Shown here: piece after piece, positions 10,581 through 21,010 of the stretch
Layout: each line of letters opens with the position of its first letter
Position numbering within the stretch: position 1 is the first letter of the stretch
Origin: Candidatus Saccharimonadota bacterium
GTDB lineage: Bacteria > Patescibacteriota > Gracilibacteria > BD1-5 > UBA6164
DNA length: 32,000 nt
Assembly: GCA_965229705.1 (NCBI GenBank)
Contig: OZ245922.1
Location: 540,001-572,000 of the forward strand
Direction of reading: 5' to 3'
Program-made: the position numbers and the translations under genes
The notes under the pieces: generated by a model
The model's database searches: none
Seen by the model: only the letters and a program-made list of their open reading frames with translations
What the model was told of the DNA's origin: nothing

Positions 10581-10656
10581 GCAGCCGTAGCTCAGTTGGA
10601 AGAGCGCAGCCCTGCGAAGGCTGAGGCCACAGGTTCGAACCCTGTCGGTTGCACCA
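10581..10656 (+). tRNA. tRNA-Arg (anticodon GCG), CCA encoded
   Basis: Manual cloverleaf. Acceptor GCAGCCG/CGGTTGC. D arm GCTC-AGTTGGAA-GAGC. Anticodon arm CAGCC-CTGCGAA-GGCTG. T arm ACAGG-TTCGAAC-CCTGT. Discriminator A plus CCA. Confidence 0.9.
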
Positions 10657-10669
10657 TAACACTCCTCTT

Positions 10670-10695
10670 ATCTCGCAAATTTTGCGAGATTTTTT
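10670..10695 (+). terminator. Bidirectional hairpin terminator (tRNA-Arg / LysM-CHAP gene)
   Basis: ATCTCGCAA(A)T(T)TTGCGAGAT perfect palindrome followed by TTTTT. Overlaps the stop of the convergent gene. Confidence 0.6.
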
Positions 10696-11899
10696 AGTCT
10701 TTGAGATAGATATATCATTGTATTGTTCTATCGTTTCGTGGGACTTTTCGAGTAGTTACCTCATTGAGACGACGGTAATTCATATCAGATACAATAATAT
10801 GACTCGGCGTAATATCTATCACAATCGCTACATGACCATAATATGGATTGTATCCTCTCCCCTCAAACTGAACAATAGCTCCTACCACTGGCTCACTTCA
10901 TGTCGGGTGCCCTTTTTCCTTGGCATTTCTTATCCACTGATTAGCATTTCCTCTCCAGTCAACATTTTTATATGACGCAACATACCAGGTACAATTCCCC
11001 CATGATCAAGAATATGGTTTTCTCCAAATAAACTGAAATTTTCCTTGAGTATTCACATACTCGCTCTGAGCATATTGTGCAAAGCTATATCATCAAGTAT
11101 TTTGCGAAACGCTGCTTGAAGAACTATAAGTTTTCTGCGGTTTCGGTGTTTTTTGAACCGATTTTTTCATTGCTCCAGGAATAATAATGGTATCTCAAAT
11201 ACGCAAATCACTGGCACTTAAAAGAAGATTTTGGCGCATAATATCTTCCTGATCCACTTCATAGCTCACTGCTAAACCTCAGAGGGTTTCTCACGAAGAT
11301 ACTGTATGAATTACCCCTGAAACAGGAGGGACATCTATAATATCCCCTGGATGAATAATGTGCTTTTCATCAAAATCATTCGCCCAATACAAAGAATTTC
11401 TTGTGATATTGAACTTGCTTGCAATCGAAGCAATACTTTCTCCATTTTTTACCTCATACTTAACTATCTCTCTTGTTCCTGAAACATCTCTCTCATTTTC
11501 TGTCATAATAGCGTTTATATGAAGATATGAATCTTTTGATTGAATAAATACTTCCCCATCTCACACTGTTTCATCTTCTCAAAAATATAAAGAGGAAATA
11601 ATACTTGACTGATCTATATCACGCCTGTCAAAATCTGTGACCGAAGTATTGTATATAAAGCTGGCAAAGCTTGGATATATCGGAAGAGTGCATACAACAA
11701 AAAGAGAAAGAAGTTTGATGTTCCTTTTTCCTATATTTCATGATGTGTTATAAATCTTTTTTTGTAAAACACGCGAATGTCTGGCTATTCGGGCTTTGAT
11801 ATTTACTTTTGGAGTCAAGATGGAAACTTTAGGGAATATTTTCTCATATACTCTATGATTGTACTGCTGATCCTTTATAGAAACTGAAAAAAATCTCAT
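10694..11899 (-). CDS. Peptidoglycan hydrolase: N-terminal membrane anchor, two LysM domains, C-terminal CHAP domain (401 aa)
   Basis: Frame checked codon by codon from 11899 to 11504. LysM 1: YEVKNGESIASIASKFNITRNSLYWANDF...IHPGDIIDVP. LysM 2: HTVSSGETLGGLAVSYEVDQEDIMRQN...LRIGDTIIIPG. CHAP: ...GNCTWYVASYKNVDWRGNANQW...PVVGAIVQF...YGHVAIVIDI.... TAA at 10694-10696. Confidence 0.88.
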
Positions 11900-11914
11900 T
11901 TCAAAAGAATATAT

Positions 11915-11940
11915 GAAAAATAGTGTAGGGCTCTACACTA
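11915..11940 (-). terminator. Rho-independent terminator after rplU
   Basis: TAGTGTAG (11921-11928) pairs with CTACACTA (11933-11940), with a U-run on the minus-strand transcript (plus-strand A-run 11915-11920). Confidence 0.6.
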
Positions 11941-11951
11941 TTTTGATATTT

Positions 11952-12263
11952 CTATGCTATTGAGCTGACCTCAAGCTGAGTAAGAGATGGACGAAATCCT
12001 GTATTTCTCATATATCTCTTTTTTGACTTCATTTTAAAAACTCTCACTTTATCTCATTTCTTTTGTTCAAGTACTTTGAACTCCACCTTTGAGTCTTCAA
12101 CCTCTGGAGTTCATATCTTGACATCTTTTCACTCAAGATCAGAAACAAGAAGCGCCTTTACATGCATTTTCTTTCCTGCTTCAACATCTTGTTTTTTTAC
12201 CTCGATGATATCTCCTTTTTGAACCATAAATTGGTTTCCTCAGATTTCTACTACTGCTATCAT
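11952..12263 (-). CDS. rplU: 50S ribosomal protein L21
   Basis: MIAVVEIGGNQFMVQKGDIIEV...KVRVFKMKSKKRYMRNTGFRPSLTQLEV matches the L21 pattern (MYAVIETGGKQYKV..GD...K.RRK...R..GHRQ..T). 103 aa, TAG stop. No rpmA follows. Confidence 0.9.
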
Positions 12264-12500
12264 AGTTGCTATAATTATGTTATATAAATACAAAATTTTT
12301 CGAAAAAACGAAAAAGGAAATCCCTAATTTATTTGCTCCTTCTTTTTTTCTCAAGACCTGCAAGTCTTGTAATTTTGTGAAATAATTCCGGCAGATTATA
12401 TAAATACTTGTATAAAAGCCAAATTTAAATATACCCTTTTTTCTATTATTCAGAGATAAACGGAAATACTGAAAGGGGAAGTGTCTTTTTTAGAAAATCC

Positions 12501-13079
12501 TTATCAAAATTTTTTGATGAAAATATCTACATCTCTGATCTCATCCTCAGTATCCTTGAAACGATCAAAAATATAGTTCGCAATGTGATATTTTGCTTTG
12601 AGTGTTCATTCTTGTAACAGATCTGCTTCTCATTTTTGTAACAGGATTCTATACTCTACTTGTTCAGCCATATCTTCCCTCCAGTGTTTTTGAGCATGCC
12701 TGTTTAAAAATTTTTTACCATCAAAGTGAAATTTCTTACTCATCGTATTTACCCTTTCTACAAGTTCCTTCTCATACTTATGCACTCGTATCCAAAAAGA
12801 GATATACTTCTCTGGCACTCTATAAAACTGACAGTGATGACAAAACTCATGTTCAAGTATTGCTTCTTGCTTTGCAATACTATTTGTATAAAAATGAGGA
12901 TAGATGATTATTTCTTGCAGATACGGATTATATATTCCATTTCTCTCAGGCGCATTTTTCGGTTGTTTTTTGACTACAACTTTGAGTCATTTATATGTTT
13001 CTATTTTTGCATATTTTCATCATCATTTTATATTGTTCATGCTAGAGCTTCATCTATTTTTTGATACTTTTTGTTGCAT
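12501..13079 (-). CDS. Hypothetical protein with an HExxH zinc-metallopeptidase-like motif (192 aa)
   Basis: Contains ...QEAILEHEFCHHCQFY.... ORF-track fragment 12630..12818 is in frame. TAA 12501-12503. The start ATG at 13079 lies 1 nt after the stop of the upstream gene. Confidence 0.6.
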
Positions 13080-13080
13080 A

Positions 13081-13794
13081 TTATTTTTGTGAAACTATAG
13101 AAATGATATCGTCTAGCACTCATTCTCTTTTTAGGTATTCATACTTTGCATTCAAAAATTTTGTATCGTAGTCACGAGCCTTGCGTGTTTTTCATCGAAT
13201 CCAATAATACACTTGCGTAAATAACCCCCAAATAGCAAGAAGTATATACATAGGGAGAGCTTTATATAAAGGCATTTTGAAATATAGTATATTTTTAAAA
13301 AAACGAAAATCCGCCTTAATTCGATTTGGTCGCATAGCAGAGCATTCTTTATCGTGCTGCTGACTGGCTATAACAAGAGAAACATGCTGAGGGTTAATGA
13401 TAGGCTGCAGAGGAAGAGGAATGGTTCAAAAGTCTGTTTGATATCATTTATAGATGACTTGTAGTTCTGTGTCATCATCAAAATATACAAAATCATCAAT
13501 ATACTCATATATATCTCTTCATCTGACTTTTTTTGTCAGTCCGTCTGGTCTTTTTATGGGCTTCACATAGTTTCCTATAATAGTATTTGGAAATTTTTTT
13601 ATTCCCATTCACAGATTGTTCCAGATGATTTTTGCAGTTTTTTTAGAGATGTGAAACTCCTTGGCATAGACATCAAATCATACATGACGATGCTTCATCA
13701 TATACTGTTCTATTTCTTGCTGCTGTATATTTTTTTCTGGTGAGAGGTATTCTTGCTTCATATGGTGTTTCTTCATTTTTAAGAAATTTTTCAT
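13081..13794 (-). CDS. DUF1353-like protein with C-terminal TM segment (237 aa)
   Basis: ...LQVIYKGYQTDFGTIPLPLQPIINPQHVSLVIASQQHDKE... resembles the DUF1353 core (G-x-x-T-D-x-x-S-I-P ... H-D). C-terminal ...MYILLAIWGLFTQVYYWI. Frame verified across 13273-13380. Confidence 0.6.
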
Positions 13795-13872
13795 ACCATG
13801 CAGGAAAAGTAGTTGCTACATAGTAGCAGAGAGAGACATCGTTTGCAATAGTTTTTTTCTGACTATTTTTCT

Positions 13873-14085
13873 ATGCTAAAGTTGTACTCTCTAAAAGAAG
13901 CGATCGAACTTTTTGAATTCCTTAATTTTAGCCAAGAAAAGTGGTTTTTGTATGATGAATATACTCAATCCCTCATCGCAAATAAGCTTTGGATCGAACT
14001 TCATATAAACACTAAAAAAGAGCTTAAAATACAGGAGAAACCTATAGCTAAACTCTTGTGAAATACTAAATGGTTGGGGTGGTAG
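13873..14085 (+). CDS. Small hypothetical ORF (70 aa); doubtful
   Basis: ORF-track ORF 13873..14061 extends through one TGA to TAG at 14083-14085, overlapping the 3' end of tRNA-Gln on the other strand by 15 nt. No homology recognised. Confidence 0.25.
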
Positions 14086-14145
14086 GGATCGAACCTACGC
14101 ATGGAGGAGTCAAAGTCCCCTGCCTTACCACTTGGCTACACCCCA
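14071..14145 (-). tRNA. tRNA-Gln (anticodon UUG), CCA encoded
   Basis: Reverse complement is TGGGGTG-TA-GCC-AAGTGGTAA-GGC-A-GGGGA-CTTTGAC-TCCTC-CATGC-GTAGG-TTCGATC-CCTAC-CACCCCA-A-CCA. The U1-A72 start is typical of bacterial tRNA-Gln. Confidence 0.9.
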
Positions 14146-14244
14146 AAAAATAGCTTCGTCATTATATGAGAGAGGAAAAAAAATCAAAATATTTTTGCGG
14201 TTTTTCTGCTTTTTTGTATGCTGTTTTAGGCAGTAGGTTCCAAT

Positions 14245-14736
14245 ATGGAAAATACAAAATTTCGTTTTTTAAAAAATATCATTATGATGAAACTTATAAG
14301 TCTTTTGATGAAAAGACCCAGTGATACACATATTCGTTACGGAAAAGTACTTGCATGAACACTGATTATTCTGACAGGTATATTAGCGATATGAATACAA
14401 GGTCTTGAACTTAAAGAAAGTATTTTTTGAATCACTCTTAGTGATCAAGGAAAAAGTGTTGTTTCCTACATTATTATTGCTCTTGGAGTTTTTCCTCTCG
14501 TTCTTTGAGGTCTTGATATACCTCTATTGTCGCGCGGATATACTCGTATTGCACAGTCGCTTTTCGGTGTTCTTCTGATATGTATATCATGAATGTTTCA
14601 GGAAACAGCAAGTCTTGGAGCAGGTATTCTCTATTTTTTTATTGGTCTTTTCATTCTCTTTGCGGGTATAAGTGGAAAAGCCGTAACCAAAAAAGGACTA
14701 CGACACGGTCAAAAAATACAGAAAATACGCGTATAG
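14245..14736 (+). CDS. Small integral membrane protein, hypothetical (163 aa, about 4 TM)
   Basis: MENTKFRFLKNIIMMKLISLLMKRP...GTLIILTGILAIG...YIIIALGVFPLVLGG...LFGVLLICISG...ILYFFIGLFILFAGISG.... TAG at 14734-14736. Convergent with hisS. Confidence 0.6.
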
Positions 14737-14743
14737 AATATAT

Positions 14744-16048
14744 TTATTTTTCACTCTGTACCAGATCTCGACTCGGTTCATAAAAATCGAGTTTTTCTTT
14801 TCCTATTTTTTCGATGATATACTCTATGAGATCCTCTTTTTTTACTTCTTCCTGTGTTCCAGCATCTATATTACGAACCTGAAATACCCCATTTCTTGCT
14901 TCCATAAGCCCTACCAAAACCACATAACTTGCCCCTATTCGTTGAGCCTTGAGCATTTGTTCTTTCATAGAAGGAGTTCCGAGTGATGATTGCGTATTGA
15001 TACCTCTTGCTCGAGCCTCAAGACTCAAAGGAAATACGACTCGCTTTGCTTCGTCTCAGAGTTGCACAAAATACAGGTCTATATGATCCTTATTTTTAAT
15101 CGTAATATCACGAGCCTGCAAGTCGGAAATAATATAATCTACATCTAACGAAAACCCACTCGCACCATAGGACTTGGGACTTCAGAGTATTGTTGCCAGA
15201 GTATCATACCTCCCTCATGAAGCGACAACTTTCTTTTCACGATCTTCTATCTGCCACACAACTCCTGTATAATATGTTTCTGGAAAAAAGAGCGTGTGAT
15301 CTTCTATAAAATCAATCCCTAAATCCTCAAGATACATTGTAAAATTTTGGTAGTTTTTTTGTGAGTCTTTTTTGAGAAACTTTGTAATAGGAGGAGCACT
15401 TTGTGCGAGAATACGATCATCTTCATCTTCTCCGTAAAATGGAGCAAATACATTATACTCATACCCATCTGCTGTTTGCTCTGACATCACTGACTTTTTA
15501 TTTTCAAAAAAACTTTGCAATTCTTGGCTATACTTTTCCATCTCTTTAGTGTTTCCATATGAGTTTATCCGAATAGTCAGCTCATCTGCAAGACCTATTT
15601 TCTGAAGAGCAGTATAGGAAATAAAAAGATTTTGCGCATCAATAATAGGATCTGACTCTCCTATAACCTCTCATCACATAGTGTAATATTCTTTCCTTTT
15701 TCTTTTTTGCCGAAAACATCGCTCCATGTAGTAGTAGTATACTGGTTGAAGTCATTCATGAAGCTCGTTTTCAATGTATGATCTCATAACTCATACCGTC
15801 CCCGAAGGAACGAGAGATATATCAATATCATTAGTATTTTCAAAATGGTACAGCCCATATCTATTTTGTTTTTCCGGATAAGCCTTTCGCAGAAGCGCTG
15901 TCTCTTCAATAAGAGGAGTCGAGATACGACGAAACCCGTTTTTTCGAAATTCGTGACGAAACACTTTTTTTAAAAATGTCATATATGTATGATCATCTGG
16001 GAGAATATCCTGTGTTCCTTCTAAGCGTTTTTCTATACCAAGCTCCAT
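14744..16048 (-). CDS. hisS: Histidine--tRNA ligase (434 aa)
   Basis: Three ORF-track fragments (16141, 15541, 15028) lie in one frame. MELGIEKRLEGTQDILPDD...FRRISTPLIEE...YHFENTNDIDISLVP.... ...VVAS[TGA]GRYDTL restores the GGRYD motif. Anticodon-binding C-terminus ...ASYVVLVGLMEARNGVFQVRN.... TAA at 14744-14746. Start chosen at Met32 of the ORF (16048). Confidence 0.9.
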
Positions 16049-16164
16049 ACGAGATATGTAAAAAATATATGTAGATGAGTATAGCTGATATGAAGAGTTT
16101 TCAAAGTTGTTTTCAGGCGTTTTTTTGATACAATGCCCCATATTATTTTTAGCAATACAAACAA

Positions 16165-16818
16165 ATGCAAGAAATAAATATATATATATTTCAATTTATA
16201 AATGGATTTTCGAGTAATGCCTTTATAGAAGTACTTGCTCCTTTATGCGCTGATATACCCATATTTTTCCTTCCCCTTTTTCTTACAGGCATGTGGCTAT
16301 ACTACAGCGATATATCCTCGTATTGGAAAAAAGAAAATTCTTGATTTTTTACACAACTATTTTGATCAAAAAAGCAAAAACAAGAAAAAACGAAAAAGAA
16401 ACATGCTCTTTTACACATATTTTATGCCTGCGTGATAGCAATACTCATTTCTCTCCTCATACAACAATTTATTGATATTGAGAGACCTGAAACAGCAATA
16501 ACCTGATCAGCAAAGCTCTTACTAGAACATATACCTGATGCAAGTTTTCCATCAGACCATGCAAGTGTAGGAGTAGCGTTTCTCGGATGACTCTTTCTTT
16601 TCTGATACCGAAAAGTATTTTGGTACTTTCTTCCCTTCATATGTCTCATGATGCTTTCTCGCGTTATTGTAGGAGTTCACTGGCCTTTTGATATCATTGC
16701 TGGAATAAGCGTATGAATTGTCTCTGTGTATATCTCTTGGCTCATTTGGAAAAAAAATACTTTTGTAAAAAATATAAATCTCCGAATAATACAACTATTA
16801 TCTTACATGAAACTCTAA
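16165..16818 (+). CDS. PAP2-superfamily phosphatase (undecaprenyl-diphosphatase / BcrC-like), 217 aa
   Basis: The three PAP2 motifs are present: ...IDIERPETA..., ...FPSDHASVGVA..., ...LSRVIVGVHWPFDIIAG.... TAA at 16816-16818, 3 nt before murG. Confidence 0.8.
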
Positions 16819-16821
16819 ATC

Positions 16822-17856
16822 ATGGAAACAACAAAAAAAACAAAGATCATTTTCACTGGAGGTGGGAGTCTCGGCCATGTTACTCCACTGGTGAGTATTT
16901 TTCATTATTTTGGAACAGAAAACTATAACTATATGTGGCTCTGAGAAAGAGACTCGTTTGAATCAGAGTGTGCTGAAAAATACCAGATAGATTTTCATGA
17001 AATATCTGCTGGAAAGATTCGTCGCTATTTTGACTGGAAAAACTTTTATGAACCACTCAAAAATCTGACAGGTATTTTTGAGGCCTGGTATTATATGCTC
17101 AGATATAAAGGAGATATCATTATATCAAAATGAGGTTATGTTGCTCTCCCTGTATGTATTGCAGGATATATTCTCAGAAAAAAAATATATATCCATGAGT
17201 CAGACTGTGTCATGTGACTTACAAACAGGATATGTTCTCGGTTAGCAACAAAGGTTTTTACAAGCTTTGATCTCAAAAATACAAAAACTCTTCATACAGG
17301 ACACATCATGAATCCTCTCATGCTTGACGGGCTAGAAAGTATCTCAAAAAAAGAAAATACTCGACTGCAAATACTCGTCATTGCCGGAAGTCAGTGATCA
17401 GTCAAAATATGTGAAACACTCGAAAAGATACTCCCCGATTGCCAGGAAATAGATTTTCATATTCTCACGGGGAATATCAATAATCAAGATCTTTTGGATT
17501 CTTTATGAAAATTTACTAATACAAAGCTCTATACGCAACTTCCGCAAGAAGAGCTTGCACTGCTCTATGTTCAGTCAGATATTGCTATCACGAGAGGAAG
17601 TTCGACTCTTTGGGAACTCATGTACTTTGGGATTCACTCTATCATTATCCCTCACAAATATACCGGAGGAAATCATCAGCAGAAAAATGCTGAATACTTT
17701 CAAAAAACCTATGGTTCTGATATCCTTGATGAAGACGATCAGTTGGAGCTGGAGCTTTTTCGAAAACTCAATAGTTATAAAAACTTACGAAAGTCAGGTC
17801 TCAACCTTGAGGGATATCTTGATGGAGTAAAAAATATTGAAAAAGAAATATTATAA
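16822..17856 (+). CDS. murG: MurG-type glycosyltransferase (UDP-GlcNAc:lipid I GlcNAc transferase), 344 aa
   Basis: Whole frame verified line by line. ...KIIFTGGGSLGHVTPL... (G-loop), ...ILVIAGSQGS..., ...ITRGSSTLWEL...IIIPH..TGGNHQQKNA.... TAA at 17854-17856. Confidence 0.85.
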
Positions 17857-17901
17857 GAAAGGAATTATAGAAAAGTTTTATTTTTTTGCTTCTCACAAAA
17901 A

Positions 17902-17930
17902 GATATGATATCATTTCTCATATCTTTTTT
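17902..17930 (+). terminator. Rho-independent terminator after murG
   Basis: GATATGA (17902-17908) pairs with TCATATC (17918-17924), followed by TTTTTT. Confidence 0.55.
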
Positions 17931-17942
17931 ACATATGTTCTT

Positions 17943-19325
17943 ATGACACAAAAAATACACGCTATTCTCGATAATATCTCAGCTCAATCAATGCTATGAA
18001 AACTCCTTATACCCATAATGGTTCTCTACTTTATTATTGTATGAGTAGTGTTTTTTAGTGGAGGAGCAAGTCTGGTTTCTCTCGCTCTTATCAGCGCGGC
18101 AACACTCGCTTTCTACCTTGCTATCAATATTGGAGCTAATGATGTTGCCAATAATATGTGACCTGCCGTAGGATCAAAAGCCATCAGTATCTGATGAGCC
18201 ATACTTCTCGCATGAATATTTGAGGCAAGTGGGGCGATAATCGCTGGAGGCGATGTGGTAAAAACTATTAAATGATGAATCATCGATGCTTCTGAGGTAG
18301 AAGACATGAGAGTATTTGTATCTATTATGTTGGCAACACTTTTTTGATCAGCACTTTGGATCAATATTGCTACCTATACAAGGTCTCCTGTTTCGGCAAC
18401 ACACTCTGTTATCTGAGGACTTATCGGAGCAGGATTACTTGCTCTTGGTCCAGACGCTATTGCTTGGGAAAAAATATGACATATTGTATCTAGTTGGATT
18501 ATCTCTCCCGTATTATGATGAAGTATTGCAGCATTTTTTCTTTGGAGTATTGATACCACTATTATGAAGCAAGAGTCTCGTCATGATGCTGCAAAAAAAT
18601 GGGTGCCAGTATATGTTGCTGTGATGAGTGGAAGTTTTTCATCATACCTCCTACTGAAATGACTCAAAAAAATCATAAATATACAAGAAGTCTATGCTCT
18701 CCTTATCGGTATTTTCATTGCCTTGTGTACATATGTTTTTGTCAAAAAGCTCTTAGTGAGATACGATAAGCTTTTTAAAAATTCAAAAAAATCTATCAAC
18801 TCTCTCTTTAATATTCCTCTGGTATTCTCTGCCGCGCTCTTATCATTTGCGCATGGAGCAAACGATGTAGCAAACGCTATAGGTCCATTTGCTGCTATCT
18901 ACGAGACTGTTTCTTCTGGAGATATTATTGCAAGTGCTGGAATACCCTTATGGATCATGATTATATGAGCTCTTGGTCTTGCTATTGGTCTTGGTGTTTA
19001 TGGAAGTAGTCTTATTAAAACTGTTGGAAATGAAATCACCAAGCTCAATCAGATTCGTGCCTACTGTGTAGCTCTCTCAGCTGCGATTACAGTGATCATT
19101 GCCAGCTCCTTGGGTCTTCCTGTAAGTTCTACGCACATTGCGATTGGATGAATATTTGGTATTTGATTTTTTCGAGAATGGGAAAAGCGGAAAAAAGGAA
19201 AAGATAAAGTCTACCTGGATAAGTCTATGCTCAAGCAAATCATCCTTTCTTGGATAGTAACTCTTCCAGCTTCTGCATTTATTGCAGGAATGAGTTTCAC
19301 GAGTATCATTTACTTTATGAGTTAA
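17943..19325 (+). CDS. Inorganic phosphate transporter, PiT family (460 aa)
   Basis: Both PiT signature repeats are present: ...INIGANDVANNM[TGA]PAVGSKA... and ...FAHGANDVANAIGPFAAI.... Also ...LPVSSTHIAIGG.... Multi-TM. TAA at 19323-19325. Confidence 0.9.
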
Positions 19326-19439
19326 GGAGACTCTAAAAAAAGCATTTTCGCTTTCTCGAGACCGGTCTCTTACACAAGATTTTTCTATTTTTCAGAGATT
19401 CATTAAGGAACCTCTGAGAAGCCTTCTTCATTTTATCAG

Positions 19440-19466
19440 CCCGGGGTTATTGTACCTCGGGTTTTT
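19440..19466 (+). terminator. Rho-independent terminator after the PiT gene
   Basis: CCCGGGG (19440-19446) pairs with CCTCGGG (19455-19461), followed by TTTTT. Confidence 0.6.
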
Positions 19467-19557
19467 CAAAAATTTAAGAAATATTTTTTATTTATACATT
19501 CACCTACAAAATAAACAATTTTTATTTTTCAAAAAATTGTCTCTCTCCTTTCATATC

Positions 19558-19572
19558 CCACATTGAATGTGG
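19558..19572. promoter_or_regulatory. 15-nt palindrome upstream of the VTC-domain gene (possible operator)
   Basis: CCACAT-TGA-ATGTGG, about 60 nt upstream of the ATG at 19631. Confidence 0.25.
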
Positions 19573-19630
19573 TATCATTTCTCTAAGGAAGTAATTCTTA
19601 CATTATTTATATATCTTTATCTTTATTTTT

Positions 19631-20512
19631 ATGTGATCCGACCTCCAGCAAAAGCTCCATGGTTTTCAGAGTCTTTCCCTCAAAGAACTCACTCAAAAAG
19701 CCTGATTTATGAAACGTATTGAAAAGAAGTTTCTCCTCACAGAAGAGAAGTTCCTCGAACTTTTGGAACATTTCTCAAAACAGTTTGATATTCTTGCAAT
19801 AGAAAACAAGAAAATATTCTCCTATGATAACATTTATATGGATACCAAAGACTATGACTTTTATTATCAACATGAAAATGGAGACAATAATAGAACAAAG
19901 GTCCGATCAAGAAACTATAAAGATAGTGAAAACCTCACCTTTTTTGAATATAAAAATAAAGTCAACGGAGTGACTCATAAAACTCGTTGCCGTATTGATA
20001 CGAGTGAACACGGAAAAATGTGCCCCAAAAAAGAAGGATATTTTGCTGGTATCTACTCAAAAGTATATGGTTGTGAAAAAGCTCCCCAGATTTCTCCTGC
20101 GCTCCAAACTCGATACAAGCGATGTACTCTTGTGCACAAAGACTCTCTTGAGAGACTCACTATTGATTTTCATATTGAGACTCGTGATCTGAGAAATAAT
20201 ACCAAACCCTTTATCAAAATGGAAAATCTTGTTATCATTGAAAGCAAGTCTCTTCTCGAGCTCTCACCAAGTCAAAAAATCCTTGCCAGCCATGATATCT
20301 CATGAACAAAATCTTGTAGTAAATACTCTCTCGGAGTCATATATGCTGGACTGGCTGAGAGATGGCAACACTTTGAAAATACAATGCAAGAAATTGCTGA
20401 AATAAAAAAAGACTTTCTTCATAAACAACGAGTCTCTCATCAAAAAACATCCCTTCAAAAGACAAAAAATCGTTTTTTTAAAACCCCTCTACAAACAAGT
20501 ATGGTTTCATAA
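19631..20512 (+). CDS. VTC-domain (polyphosphate-polymerase-like, triphosphate-tunnel fold) protein, 293 aa
   Basis: ORF-track ORF 19709..20305 extends upstream through TGA to the ATG at 19631 and downstream through TGA to TAA at 20510-20512. ...SLKELTQKAGFMKRIEKKFLLTEE...YDNIYMDT...RTKVRSRNY...FFEYKNK.... The domain call is from my memory of the VTC family pattern. Confidence 0.65.
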
Positions 20513-20531
20513 ACTTAGTGCGAATTTAAAT

Positions 20532-20562
20532 CCCGGGGTATCAAACCCCCGGGGTTGCTTTT
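20532..20562 (+). terminator. Rho-independent terminator after the VTC-domain gene
   Basis: CCCGGGG (20532-20538) pairs with CCCCGGG (20547-20553), followed by GTTGCTTTT. Confidence 0.6.
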
Positions 20563-20689
20563 GAGGTGTATCTCTCTTGAAAGGTTTTTTATTCCTCAGA
20601 GTTTCTTCAAGACAAGGGAAAAGACTCATAAAAGTTTGAATATACATATAAAATCAGTATCTTTATAAAAATACTTGATAATCTATTGT

Positions 20690-21010
20690 ATGAGTAAAAC
20701 TCATAATGCATCTTGAACAGAGCAACCCTTTCTACGAGGATTACTCACTTCTGAAAGTTTATCGATTACCAAAAAAACGACTCTCAGTATGCTTGCCTGA
20801 TGAGTCGCACTTTCGAATGTATGATCTGTAGATGCTGCTACATCAAAGCCAATATGTTATGATGTGAAGGTCAATCCTATCAGTGAAAATAATCTCTATG
20901 GTCATTATAGTGGGAATAAGTGATGAAGTGCTAAAGCAAAGTGTCCTTCGGGAAAAAAGCAAGAACTAATATCTCTTGTCAAGTGAATGTCTGACATGCT
21001 AGTGGTGTAG
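20690..21010 (+). CDS. Small secreted/membrane-anchored protein (106 aa); zero-frame product of a possibly frameshifted gene
   Basis: Every codon checked. MSKTHNASGTEQPFLRGLLTSESLSITKKTTLSMLAGGVALSNVGSVDAATSKPICYDV...KCPSGKKQELISLVKGMSDMLVV. TAG at 21008-21010. Confidence 0.55.
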
